A stretch of 55,845 nucleotides of DNA, filler included, from Asterionella formosa (lineage: Eukaryota), in the NCBI GenBank assembly GCA_002256025.1. It is 5 parts of 5 records of this genome, joined end to end, with 100 filler letters (N's around TTAATTAATTAA, not from the genome) between each part and the next. Parts side by side here need not be neighbours in the genome. Positions count along the whole stretch, not along the records: positions 11,224 to 22,326 come from NKIB01008829.1; 4 more parts are not named here. The stretch is one strand, 5' to 3'. The position numbers were made by a program, and so were the translations under genes. Below are positions 11,224 to 22,426 of this stretch, one piece after another; the stretch's first letter is position 1; every line of letters begins with the position of its first letter. The notes under the pieces are model-generated. The model had not been told where the DNA came from. It did no database searches and saw nothing but the letters and a program-made list of their open reading frames with translations.

Positions 11224-12433
11224 CGTTTATTTCCCCGTTCTGAATGATTGGACCATTAATAGCAGCAGCATCATGATCTACTAAACTATCAAGGAATAAA
11301 CCATTATCATAGTCATCGGCATCAAAACAAACTGTTTGAACGAAATCAATGGCTGCTGGCGATTGTTTCAGGAATTTTGCAAGGGGGTCTTGAGAGTGGT
11401 GTCGTCCATCTCTTCGAGAAGTCGCTACCAGCCATTGATGATGTCTGCGATGCTTGAATGTGAGATTGAATCATATCTTGTTGCCCACACGAGGGGCTGT
11501 GTATGTGATGACCACGAATTGATTTAAAAGGACCTTTACCACAGAATTTACATTTGTCCTCGTCGTTATTGTCACACAGATCCATGATATTTACTGTCAT
11601 TGTAGTGCTGTGTTGGCGAGAGAAAAATAAGAATAACCGGTAGCTAAAATAATGGACCTTGTTTGGCACATATTTGGCAAACAATACTACCTGGTACCAT
11701 CCTCATCAGTAGACATCATTCCACCAGTGTTGATTTTGAGTAATAATAATCACGTAAAAAAATTGGGTTGCCTACCACTGGCTAGTAGTACATTTACCTA
11801 GTACCGGTAATAACCTACATAACATGAAAACTGGGAAGAGGGAGCTTTTTTACCGGTAAGTGTGAGTTCTTCATGTGATGTGTACAACCGTAAATTTTTT
11901 CATGTGATGTGTACAACCGTAAAACTTTGATCTCAGATGGATGACATTAGACACCACAAATAACCTTACTATTTCATTAAGTAAAATGCGTGTTGCGAAT
12001 GTATTAGCCTCAAGAGCAGGATCTTAGTTGAACTTTCAAATGAATTATTTGAAACATCAACTAATTCAGTCTCGCGTTCAGAATTCATTGTGAAAACTTC
12101 ACATGAAACAGTTAAAAATTCACATGAAACCGTTAAAAGTAACCTTCTTACGTGAAGAGTGGCATTAATGCATGTGAAGTACCACATAATTAACACTCGT
12201 ACGTAGACGAAATTTCGAAAAGTCAAATGAATTATTTGAAACATCAACTATTTCAATCTCGCGTTCAAAATTCATTGTGAAAACTTCACATGAAGCAGTT
12301 AAAACTTCACATGAAACCGTTAAAAGTAATCTTTTTTACATGAAGAGTGGCATTAATGCATGTGAAGTACCACATAATTAACACTCATACAAAGACGAAA
12401 TTTCGAAAAGTGGCGTATTTCGCGGCTTAGATG
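11224..12433 (-). mobile_element. End of a CATCTAAGCCGCG-TIR element carrying the start of a putative transposase ORF
   Basis: Ends ...TTTCGCGGCTTAGATG at 12433. 11945-12433 is homologous to about 32740-33040 and has an internal tandem duplication. A minus-strand ORF from about 11600 has a Zn-finger-like CKFC...GHHIHSPSC. Confidence 0.7.
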
Positions 12434-12486
12434 CTGACCAACCAACCAAGTCAACATACTTTCATCTTTGAACAGTTTGGCCTCAA

Positions 12487-12918
12487 GTGACAACGACATT
12501 TTCTCGTGAGGATATGTTTCAGTTGGAAATATCTGTTCTTCAATTTTGTATCGACAAAATTTTGACATCCTATTTAGATTTAAAAATGTTGAACGAAGTA
12601 TTTGGACGAGTTCCTTGCAACTCTTCTTTCAAGAAGGATGAAGTTGTCTATGTAAAATCCATGATACAACAACGTAATGACAAACTTGCTCCCTTCAAAT
12701 GGTATAATCATGCACCTCTTGGCCAAATTTCTGGATGCATCAAAATTGACAAAAAGTTGAAAGAAAATTTTGTATCTGATGATTGCCCCCCTTCTGGAAT
12801 CAAGTTGAAGAAGTTTGAAGACTCATATCGAACTGCAGTTGAAAAGTGGAGAAGCAAAGTTTCGGACAAAACGAGAAGGACCATCTTAGGTTCTTTGGGA
12901 GTGAAAAAGAACAAATAA
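12487..12918 (+). CDS. Hypothetical ORF, probably transposon-associated
   Basis: 143-codon open frame in AT-rich DNA, converging on the Plavaka-like ORF. No recognised motif. Confidence 0.3.
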   Translation: MTTTFSREDMFQLEISVLQFCIDKILTSYLDLKMLNEVFGRVPCNSSFKKDEVVYVKSMIQQRNDKLAPFKWYNHAPLGQISGCIKIDKKLKENFVSDDCPPSGIKLKKFEDSYRTAVEKWRSKVSDKTRRTILGSLGVKKNK

Positions 12919-13039
12919 TGGACCATTGGATAATCATTTCTTACGAAATTGTAGTTTGTGAAAACCTCATAATAACCAATTTAGTACTATGCGAAACTAT
13001 ATTGGTACCATTATCATTTATATTATTCTTATATATTTA

Positions 13040-14047
13040 TCAACGTTCGCTTGTTAGTTTTTGGTCCCACCCGATTGATTTCCATAAATTGCGTGGAGGC
13101 ATGGCAACATAAAAATTATCTTTCCGTATCTGTTCCAAAACTTCTTGCGGTTTCACAGATTTCCTTGATTCCTGTGGTTTCAAAGCAGGAACCACAAATG
13201 CTGCCAAAAGTATGTTATGAAATTCAACAACGCTCAATTCAGTTGTATCATTGCACAAGGTGTCTCCTCTTGCAAAAAACATACGTTTATGAATTTTCAT
13301 TTCATTTGAACTTTTCAAGGAACGAATACACGCTAAGAGAATGGTTGTTGAGTTGGAGAAAATAACATTTCCCCAAAGAAGTAGTTTTGCAGGAACTGTG
13401 TTGAAACTTGATCCATCTCCCTTCTCCCAGTTCACTTCGACCCAGTCAAACCATTCACGACCAGAGATTCCTGCATTTGAATCATTATTCCATTTCGGAT
13501 GGCTTCTGAAAATAGTAGTTGTTTGGCCGGGAACGTTACTTTCAATTTTAACATGATAATAAAATTTAATCCTTACAATGGACACAGGCCCAACCCCATC
13601 TTCAAGACTTTTAATTCTTGCTATTTCTATTGATGAATTCGCAATGCTCTTTACGTAGTTGGCCCCCTTCGGTAAATCAGGATGAACCAATTGAGACAAG
13701 GGTGCATCCTTACTCCGTGATACATGCCTAATCTTATTTGGGACACCTGCTATAGTCCATAGACCATTTGATGATGAAGCAGAAAATTGAACTTTAACAG
13801 GAAGGGCTGGTGAAGGGATTTTGGTAGGCGATATTCCGAAATTTTCAGGCGACCTACTAGGCAACATCATTGTATCCGGAATCATTCTTTCGAAATCAAT
13901 TTCTATTGAAATACCCTCAGTTACATTGATGTATACTTTACTCATCTTCTTTTGTTTGTTTTCTGTTATTAATGTCATCATCGACAGGAGCCATTTTGCT
14001 TGTATCAACAACTGAAGTAGAAACTTCATCATTGCTGTCAGTATCAA
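13040..14047 (-). mobile_element. C-terminal part of a Plavaka/CACTA-like transposase
   Basis: IFRSHPKW...REWFDWVEVNW...VPAKLLLW...VVEF..I...AFVVP resembles the C-terminal region of Plavaka-type transposases. No catalytic core is visible. Confidence 0.55.
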
Positions 14048-14322
14048 TTACGGGATCCTTTGTACTAGTAGCTGATGGTGTCCCCATCGACGATGGGGTA
14101 TTACCCCCAACGTCTCCCAACCGCCGATGGGGTTGCTTTGGATAATCGCCTATTTCGCTTTTTCTTTGTAAACTTATTTTGGAACTTGCTTCTTTGTTCA
14201 ATACCGGCAGTATTTGCCACGTGTCGCTTGTTTCCATGAACCTCTTTATGGTTTCTTGAAGACATTGTACTACTAGATAACTGTTGTCGTTGTCTTCCTT
14301 AAAGTTCGATGATCTTAAATTC

Positions 14323-14670
14323 ATTTACTGTCCCGCGGCTGCAGTAGCAGAAGTCATAGACATATGGTGTTCTATTGCTTGCTTATTACTCCGACTACAG
14401 CTTTTCAGTTTCACGATCATACAATCCTAAAACTATGATAATTTACTATCCCACTGCAGTAGCAACAGTCCTGATTATATGGTGTTCTATTGGTTTTTAG
14501 TTTTACGATTATACGGTACTAAAACTATGATGATTTACTGTCCCACTGCAGTAGCAACAGGCCTGAACATATGATGTTCTATTGGTTTTTAGTTTTACGA
14601 TCATACGATCCTAAAATTATGATGATTTACTGTCCCACTGTAATTGCAACAGTCATGAACATATGGTGTG
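14323..14670 (+). repeat. 92-bp tandem repeat, about 3.5-4 units
   Basis: Units beginning ATTTACT(G/A)TCCC start at 14323, 14441, 14533 and 14625; the first unit is longer. Confidence 0.9.
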
Positions 14671-16640
14671 CGTACCACTATAGATCCAGACAATGCCACT
14701 ATAGATTCGAAGCCTATAATCTTAGTTCCTGCGTTAACTGCATCCTGTCTTGCAGCCTCCTCCCCTCCAATTCCGATTATCTACTCCTTCCTTCACCGGC
14801 TCCCATCATTCTTTACACTGGCTGTACCAGTCACTTCCTGATGATGAAAGGACCGCACATAGACGCCCATCGCGTCAGCCCTGGCCTTGATGTTCGCCTA
14901 CCAAGTGGCGCCACCATCACGTCCTCGCATCAGCCAGGCCACCCTCGACATCCCAACACTACCACTGGTGGCATGCCAGTGCCACCTCTTTCCCAACCTC
15001 ACCTCGGGTTCCCTCATTTCTGTGGGACAACTCTGTGATCATGGCTGTATAGCTCAGTTCACGGCCAAAGCAGTGGACATAATTCATAACAACATTACTG
15101 TCCTCCACGGGACCCGCACACCATCTTCCGGCTTATGGCATGTTCACTCACCTCCGGCCACAGCGCTCAATCTTGTACCCACAATCACGCCGCCAACAAC
15201 CCGCCTAGCTGTCACCCATGAGTGCCAGCTCATCACTGGCTGCGACCGAGCTGTAGCCGAACGTGTCGTGTTCTACCATGCAACCATGTTCTCACCACCA
15301 CTGTCTACCTGCTGGATAGCGGCTGTGAATGCCAGTTTTCTCACCACCTGGCCGGCTCTCACAGCAGCGCAAATCCGACGCCACCCTCCTTTCTCATCTG
15401 CCATGATCCAAGGGCACCTAGATCAGCAGCGTACCAACCTTCAATCCACGCAGGCCAACAGCACCACCAGGCCCCCAACAACTGTCACGGAATCACAGCC
15501 CCATTTGATCCAAGACACAGCCATTGACTCAATGATCCCAGCCCCACTCCGCACCCACACCATCTTTGCGGACTGCCACCTCATGACAGGTAAAATTGCC
15601 ACAGACATGACAGGGCGATTCCTTGTCTCCTGCAGTCGGGGCAACAGTTACATGCTGGTGGTCTACGATTACGACAGCAATTACATCCATGCTGAACCCC
15701 TGTGCTCTCGCTCCGGAACTGACATCCTGGCAGCCTACAAGCGCAGCATCGCCTTACTCAGCCCACCAGCCGTGGCCTCACACCACGCCTCCAACGTCTT
15801 GACAATAAGGAGGCGTCCCAGGCACTCCAACATTTCTCACTGACGAGTCCATCGACTATCAACTGGCGCCCCCACATGTCCACCATCGCCACTCTGCTGA
15901 ACAGGCCATCCATACGTTTAAGAACCACTTCATCGCTGGACTCAGTGGTACTGATCCCAACTTTCCCCTACACCTCTGGGACCGTCTTCTTTCACAAGCC
16001 GTCCTTACTTTGAACCTACTCCGTGCCTCTAGAATTAATCCCCGACTCTCCGCCCAGGCTCAGCATGGCGCGTTCGACTTTAATCGCACGCCTCTTACTC
16101 CCGCAAACACACGCGTCATGATTCATGAAAAAAACTCCATGCGGCGGGGTAACTGGGCACCACATGCAGTCCACGGATGGTACTTGGGTCCAGCAATGCA
16201 TCATTATCGGTGCTACAAGGTGTATGGCAAGGAGACAGCTGCTGAATGCATTGCTGACACCCTTGCCTGGTTTCCACGGCTTGTTTCCATGCCAGTCCAG
16301 TCCAGCGTGGACGCTGCCATGGCAGCAGCCCAAGCTCTCATCCATGCCCTACTTCACCCAGCACATGCCACGCCAATAGCCACCATCAGCAACCAACAAC
16401 GTGACGCCCTCACACAACTAGCACACATCTTTGCCAACGTGACCTCCCCCTGCCCGTCACCCCAAGTTCTTCCACTTCACATTCCAGCAAACCACGCGGC
16501 CCCAATTGTGAGGGTGGCCACACCCCTGACACATGCCCAACAGCTGCCGCCGCTCCCCACCGCACCAATGCCGCTTGCCCCTGGGCCACCACCACTGCCC
16601 CTCCTGGCTCCACCAACTGCTTTCCCAGCACCCTTAGAAG
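14671..16640 (+). mobile_element. Degenerate Ty1/Copia (CoDi-type) pol fragment: protease, integrase and Pro-rich linker; no RT or LTR
   Basis: Protease ILYTGCTSHF (D->Y) and SLISVGQLCDHGC. Integrase GKIATDMTGRF...YMLVVYDYDSNYIHAEP, IHTFKNHFIAGL, FPLHLWDRLL, GWYLGPAMHHYRCY. Several frameshifts. Confidence 0.92.
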
Positions 16641-17473
16641 AGGAATGATGGGAATGATTGGATGAAGTAGATGAACATTTTCTTTTCTTTGAGCCAACAG
16701 TCTTTGATGATAAGGATGAAGATTTGGTACTATCAGTACTTTCACAGAATGATGATTTTGGAAGCAATAGAACAGCAAAATTGAGAAGGTGAGGAACTTG
16801 GCACAACCATAAATGGTAGTAATATATATAAGGTCGGCTTCCAACAAATTTAACAAATTCATAATGACTTCCTGTCTTTTTGTTGTTCCTGTATGCAATT
16901 TGGTAATGATATTTAATGTACCCCATAGCCATAGAAATTTCGACAGAGGACAGAGTATCATACTACGCACGTCTTTGGGTAACAACTGTCTATTCCCATT
17001 TGTTCCCAATAAGGATCTTGTGAAAATGCAAGATTATTGCTGTCATCATCTTCATCATCATAGAATGTAGTTATGAGTCTATCGAAAATGGTTATTGAAA
17101 TGAACAAAGGAATTAATTTGGTTCAAGCAGTCAACCGAAGAATCAGGCCACGATTGTTGAATGTTGTCAACAATTTTCAACAGAACAAGTAGTACTGACA
17201 CTACTAATAGCTAGCTATTCATTTCATCTACATTCTATCATTTGGTTGAGGTTGAAATGAAGTGATAGTGAGTCGTAATTTACATATTGTGTGTATGCTA
17301 GCATAGTTACAATATTTTTTGTCATCTGCTCCACCCTGCAACGTATTATCAGTACTTTCTGTATTAGGTATGGATGGGTGTGGTCCGCCCGAGGTAGAAG
17401 TCGTTCTCGTGTGTACATTTTGTACCGACCATTTTTTAGGTGTCGGTTTGACCTAAAATTCAGGGTGTGAATA

Positions 17474-17520
17474 AGAAGTACCCGAATGGCAAGACGATAG
17501 CTGGAGCGGGAATTGCCAGT
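17474..17520 (+). mobile_element. Helitron-like 3' terminus, same family as 21304-21348
   Basis: AGAAGTACCCGAATGGCAAGACGATAGCTGGAGCGGGAATTGCC differs from 21304-21347 at one base. Confidence 0.5.
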
Positions 17521-17942
17521 GCGTAACCTTTCGCGCTAATGGCAGGATCCTTGGAATTTTTTGCTTGTTCAATGTGCTATGCAATTCTCGCCATCTAATG
17601 CCGGTGATCATTTACATCTAAATAATCACCGGCATATATCAAGACACGTCGGCCGTGTCAACGTCAGTCGATATCAGAAATATCCAACAAGGGCAGAGAA
17701 AAACAATACTTGTACTTCATTGACATTGACGCTCCATGTACGCTCTCTGACATCCAGTAGTGCACTTATACAGGTACCGGTACTTGAAAAATTTCCATTA
17801 TCAACTTCATTCCTTTTGCTTTCCTTCCTTTTGATTAGCCTCTTTACCTTTCGTCCTGCTCTTTCAACTTCGTTCTCATCAATATCTTCACAGTGCTCCT
17901 CCCAAAAAGTGAGATTGGGAAAAGTAAAATATAACAAGAAAG

Positions 17943-19152
17943 ATGAATATTTATTTCATTCTTCCAGTGATCGGCTCTATTCTCTTTCCATCTGTGTTGG
18001 TTTATGGTACTACATCACAGCTGCTCAACAATCATGCAGATTCAATGAACAATCTCCTGAACAAGCATTGGAAAATATCCCCTGATCAATACAATGAGCG
18101 ATTGAAAGAACTTAAAGCTCAATTTCTCTCCCCCGCTCGAAAGGAAGATGAGCCATGCCCATCCACACCTTTGAACGACTGGGCTATGCGAGAGTTTGAA
18201 GCCATTGGCAATGAAACGCTTTCCTTGTTGAGCTATTACCAAGTCTTTGAATTGGCAACTTACTATGGAGTCCATTTTCGAAAGACAAGTGATCTGAATG
18301 AGTATTTCTACCATGATGGGAGTCGTACCAATGAATTTGAAGCCCTACATCGTGACGCCAAGGCCTTCTGGGACATTCCTTCTTCTGATATCCTACTTTT
18401 GGGGATGCACGGACGACAACTTGATGACCTTGATGTACTCACTGACATCTACTCAGACCTTGAGTTTGAATCACCACAGGATTCGGCTTTATTTGTTCAT
18501 AACCTCATCAACACCACCAAAGGAAGATCAATATGATGATGACACAATTGATGACCAAGTTATCAGCCAATACAAGGAACTACTGGACCGCATTATGATC
18601 GGTGAAGGTATTTTGAAAGCCTTTGACACTCTTGGATACGGGGAAACCACACCAGGATATCTCTATGCTCATGAATTTGGTCATCATATTCAATTCGAAC
18701 GCGACCTTTTGGGAATCAATGCTACCTTAAATGAAAGCAATCCTTTTGATGTTCGTGAGATAGAGCTTCTGGCAGATGCCTTCGCTGGTTACTTTCTGGC
18801 TCATCCCAAAGGAGGAAATTTCAATACAAGCATGGTACATGAATTATTGCAAGACGCATTCCTCATTGGTGACTGTTCGTTCAACGCAACTGAGAATACT
18901 GGCTCTCACGGATCGCCCAATCAACGCGAACGTGCAACTATGTTTGGAACCAAGAAAGCCACAACTTTCAAGTCGACAAAGAAAATGAGGGGTTCGAAAC
19001 GTTCGAAACTGAATCCAGTCAGTTCCAAGCTTTCATCCACAGCGTTCATTGAATTGTTCTATGATGCCCTGCCTGATATCATTGAACCTTCCACTGCCCA
19101 AAAGAGTAAATCGAAAGGTAGTTCGAAGACGAGAGGTGGTCACCATGACTGA
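17943..19152 (+). CDS. Secreted neutral zinc metallopeptidase (YpfJ/Zn_peptidase-like), split by a frameshift near 18520-18536
   Basis: N-terminal hydrophobic signal in ORF 17943-18536. HEFGH, ELLADAFAG, IGD and HGSPNQR in ORF 18298-19152. No GT-AG intron seen at the junction. Confidence 0.78.
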
Positions 19153-19494
19153 GGGACTGCTCCATATATGACTCTATGGTCTTGCTGAACTGAAGACGTG
19201 AATATTAAACAGAATTCGATACAAGTTATAGTTGCATTGCTCTGCTGTCCTGTCCTGTGAGGTGAGAAATAAATAGTGTGTGTGTATGTATTGGAAAGCA
19301 ATGCATTAAAGGGTTGAATCTATAATACTATTTGGTTTTATAATATTTTTTGTTTTCTTTGCATGTTTATAGTTTCATGCATTTTCTAGCTAGTATACCA
19401 GAATACGGACCCAAAATTAATACACTTTGAGGCATCAAGTTTGTGCTTGAGATTTGTCATCATATGCTAACACTGTTGCTGAGGCAATTCACAA

Positions 19495-21350
19495 ACTTGC
19501 CATCATCGCGCCATTTGCTTACCTACGTCCCTCTCATTGAGTGTAAATGTCAATTTTAGCTCGCTACGAAATTTGCCAAAGGTCCGAAATTGCCCATCAT
19601 TAAAATATATTTTGTTTATTTCCTATGTTCGCATTTTGACAAAACAATTTGTACCAATTGCCCCTCTGTTTTTGAGCCCTGGGATAGCCGAAATTGGCAA
19701 GGGGTTTAATTAAGGAAACCATTATCTAGAATTCACCTCGTTTTTGTTTGTCGCCAGACAACTGGACTCCGGCAATTCACCTTTTACCATGCCAATCGTC
19801 TTCCATCACGACTGATGTGAAGCGAAATCAGTTCAGTGATGACGCCAGCAGCAATTCATTGTCTAACAGATGCGGTTGGTTGTTGGATTGCTTGTCTTCT
19901 CAAGGAAATCATGTAGTTGCATCGTCCATATTTCGCCGGACAAACAATGATATCGATACATCTGATGTCGGCGGCAAGTTTTTGCTCCAGTCATGCATCT
20001 GATGATGCTGGATACGGTACTCAACCAGTAGTCAACTAGCCTACATACGTACGTGGTACTAAAAACAACCATGCATGGTTTAAGCTATGCTTTAACGCTT
20101 ACTTTGAACACATTATAATATTATCTCTGTAGACTCGGTATTATTTTTACGAGACCTGAAATGTTAAATTATGTTGTTCACATATTCATTGATTTTACAT
20201 ACCATATGCACGATTTCGTCCTCACAAATATAGTTCTCTCTCTATCTTGCCTGCCTTTGCTCTATTCGGGCTTGCAATAGGCAACGTTCGTCTTTCTTTT
20301 ATCCCATCGTCTGCTGCTTGTTATGCTAGTTGAAGCGGATCGGTGAGTACAACAGTGAAATACTGAATGTGGATTGTAGATTGTATTTATCGACTTTCCG
20401 ATTTGATTGCTTCCGTGGTTTGTTTTGATCGCTTCTATCGTTGTTTGTCGTTACGCACTGTAGTTTTGTTTCGATTGTACATATCTACATAAGAACCAAT
20501 GCATTTATCAATGACTACTCATTGAAGATGTGGTATTGTGCCGTTGTTGATCGTATTTGTTGATTTGCATAGTCGTTGACAATGATGTCAATATTGCCAC
20601 CAAGCAATGCTTTTCTTGTACTAAAGCGCTTTGCAACATTTCTACTACGAGTTCGTATCAGAAGCTACATGAATACTCAGCTAGAGAGAGTCAATAGTGC
20701 TGGAGCAGCGTGGCGATCACGCTTGCTCAGAATGGAATGATCAGGGTTGCTTGTTTGGTGGGTGGAGGCATGATGACTGTGGAGGAAATACTTCTACTGG
20801 TGTCAGGCTACTACAGCGATGTGCATGGTTGCAGCAACCAGAAAATTTACGCTACATAACGATGCAGTTCTAAATTGGGTTCAGCTTTTTTTCTTCTTCT
20901 TTTAGTCTATGATTGTGTGGTGCTGATGGAAAGTCAATTGTGCCTGGCTGTGTAACAACTACTACTACAATGATTCACAATGCATATGTCTCCATTGACA
21001 TTTCTATTTTTTACTTCATTTTCTAACCCAAAACAATTTTTTCTATTTCTCATTTGATGCTACTTATTACATCACATTTCATACTTTGGTTGCTCCAAAC
21101 ATCATGTTCAATTTTCATTGATATTGCATGTTGTTTCAATCATTCTCGTGTGTTTTACGCTTGTTGTACCATCTCTATGCATATTACCTTCATTCTGGTT
21201 GTCATGCTAAAATCGGCAATTTTATTGCCGAAAAATTCGATGTGCCCCATATTTCTCCTAAATAAAGTATTTTTAGAAATTACTTAGAGCGTAAAAATTA
21301 TTTAGAAGTACCCGAATGGCAAGACGAGAGCTGGAGCGGGAATTGCCGGA
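19495..21350 (+). mobile_element. Putative non-autonomous Helitron/Helentron-like element
   Basis: 3' end is shared with 17474-17520 and 8430-8704. CTTGCCAT near 19496 is inverted to ATGGCAAG near 21316, a possible sub-TIR. Left boundary tentative. Confidence 0.4.
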
Positions 21351-21554
21351 CTATTGTCCAGGAGAACGCTGTGAAGGTGATCATTCAATCTTCGGTATGA
21401 TATCTTCCAACGAAAATTACTACGGTACCAGGTACCCGGTACGGTATCAAAGGTCCTTGATGCTCTGACCAAGTACAACACCAACTATACGCGATGGCTT
21501 GAACTCTTATACCTTTATCCTGAGCATTCTACCTTTCGGCCGGTTGATATCGCA

Positions 21555-22326
21555 TTGCATTACCTTCAAGGCTTAGGCTCCAATGCTCACTACCTTCAAG
21601 AAGAATTATTTGCATTGCGTTCTCTCAAATCTGATGATCTACATCTTTATTCTACTCATCGGAAAGCGCACGCAGTTCCTCTACGTCTCCAAGTTGAAGG
21701 TCTATATTCGAAACATAAATCATTGCTGCAGTACCTGCCAACCCCACGAACGCACAGATCGACCAATGCAATTCACTTGGGTAATCATTCCTCAACTCAC
21801 ACGCAGGTATTAATCCCTGCAATTGATGTTGAACACACTTTGGAATGTGCTCTTGCTGGCAGCTTATCTCTTGATCCTACGCAACATCCTATTCATTCCC
21901 TCATTGTCTCTGCTATTCAATGAGCTCGCTCAGCAAATCCACATGGTGCATGCCAGTACTCTTGGTGTGGTGTCAAACATGATCCCCTTTGTTGTTGTAT
22001 TTGTTTTGGGACAAACTATAAGACGCCAGATTGCTGGCACCTCAATGGACTATCTGACACCAGGAAAGAGCTATTGGTCAAAGCAAAGACTGCCCAGGCG
22101 GCTCAACTCCCACCTTTTGACAGTACCCCATCAACTCTTCGTGCATCTTGTCAATATCTACAGACAACATCTTCACCCTCTCGTGCACTACATGTCAATG
22201 CAATCTCATCCACAACCCATGAAGAATCACATGCACCACTAGTTGATTCCTTGCTCGATGAGGTGCGATCTACTTCAGCTGCAGATTTCGCTTCATCTCT
22301 TGAGCCTACTCCCCATGTCTACAGTT
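21555..22326 (+). mobile_element. LTR-retrotransposon gag-like remnant
   Basis: ORF 21555-21923 continues in frame past one TGA into CCICFGTNYKTPDCW, a CX2CX4HX4C knuckle with H->Y, and on into ORF 22074. Confidence 0.6.
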
Positions 22327-22426
22327 NNNNNNNNNNNNNNNNNNNNNNNNNNNNNNNNNNNNNNNNNNNNTTAATTAATTAANNNNNNNNNNNNNNNNNN
22401 NNNNNNNNNNNNNNNNNNNNNNNNNN
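22327..22426. other. Artificial scaffold-joining spacer
   Basis: N44-TTAATTAATTAA-N44. Confidence 0.97.

Noticed and set aside
10847..14047. Functional cluster of IDH with the adjacent transposon, or any multi-gene system across the window
   Set aside because: The genes lie on separate scaffolds joined artificially.
14323..14670. CRISPR-like array
   Set aside because: Units are similar along their whole length with no unique spacers, no cas genes are present, and the context is eukaryotic.
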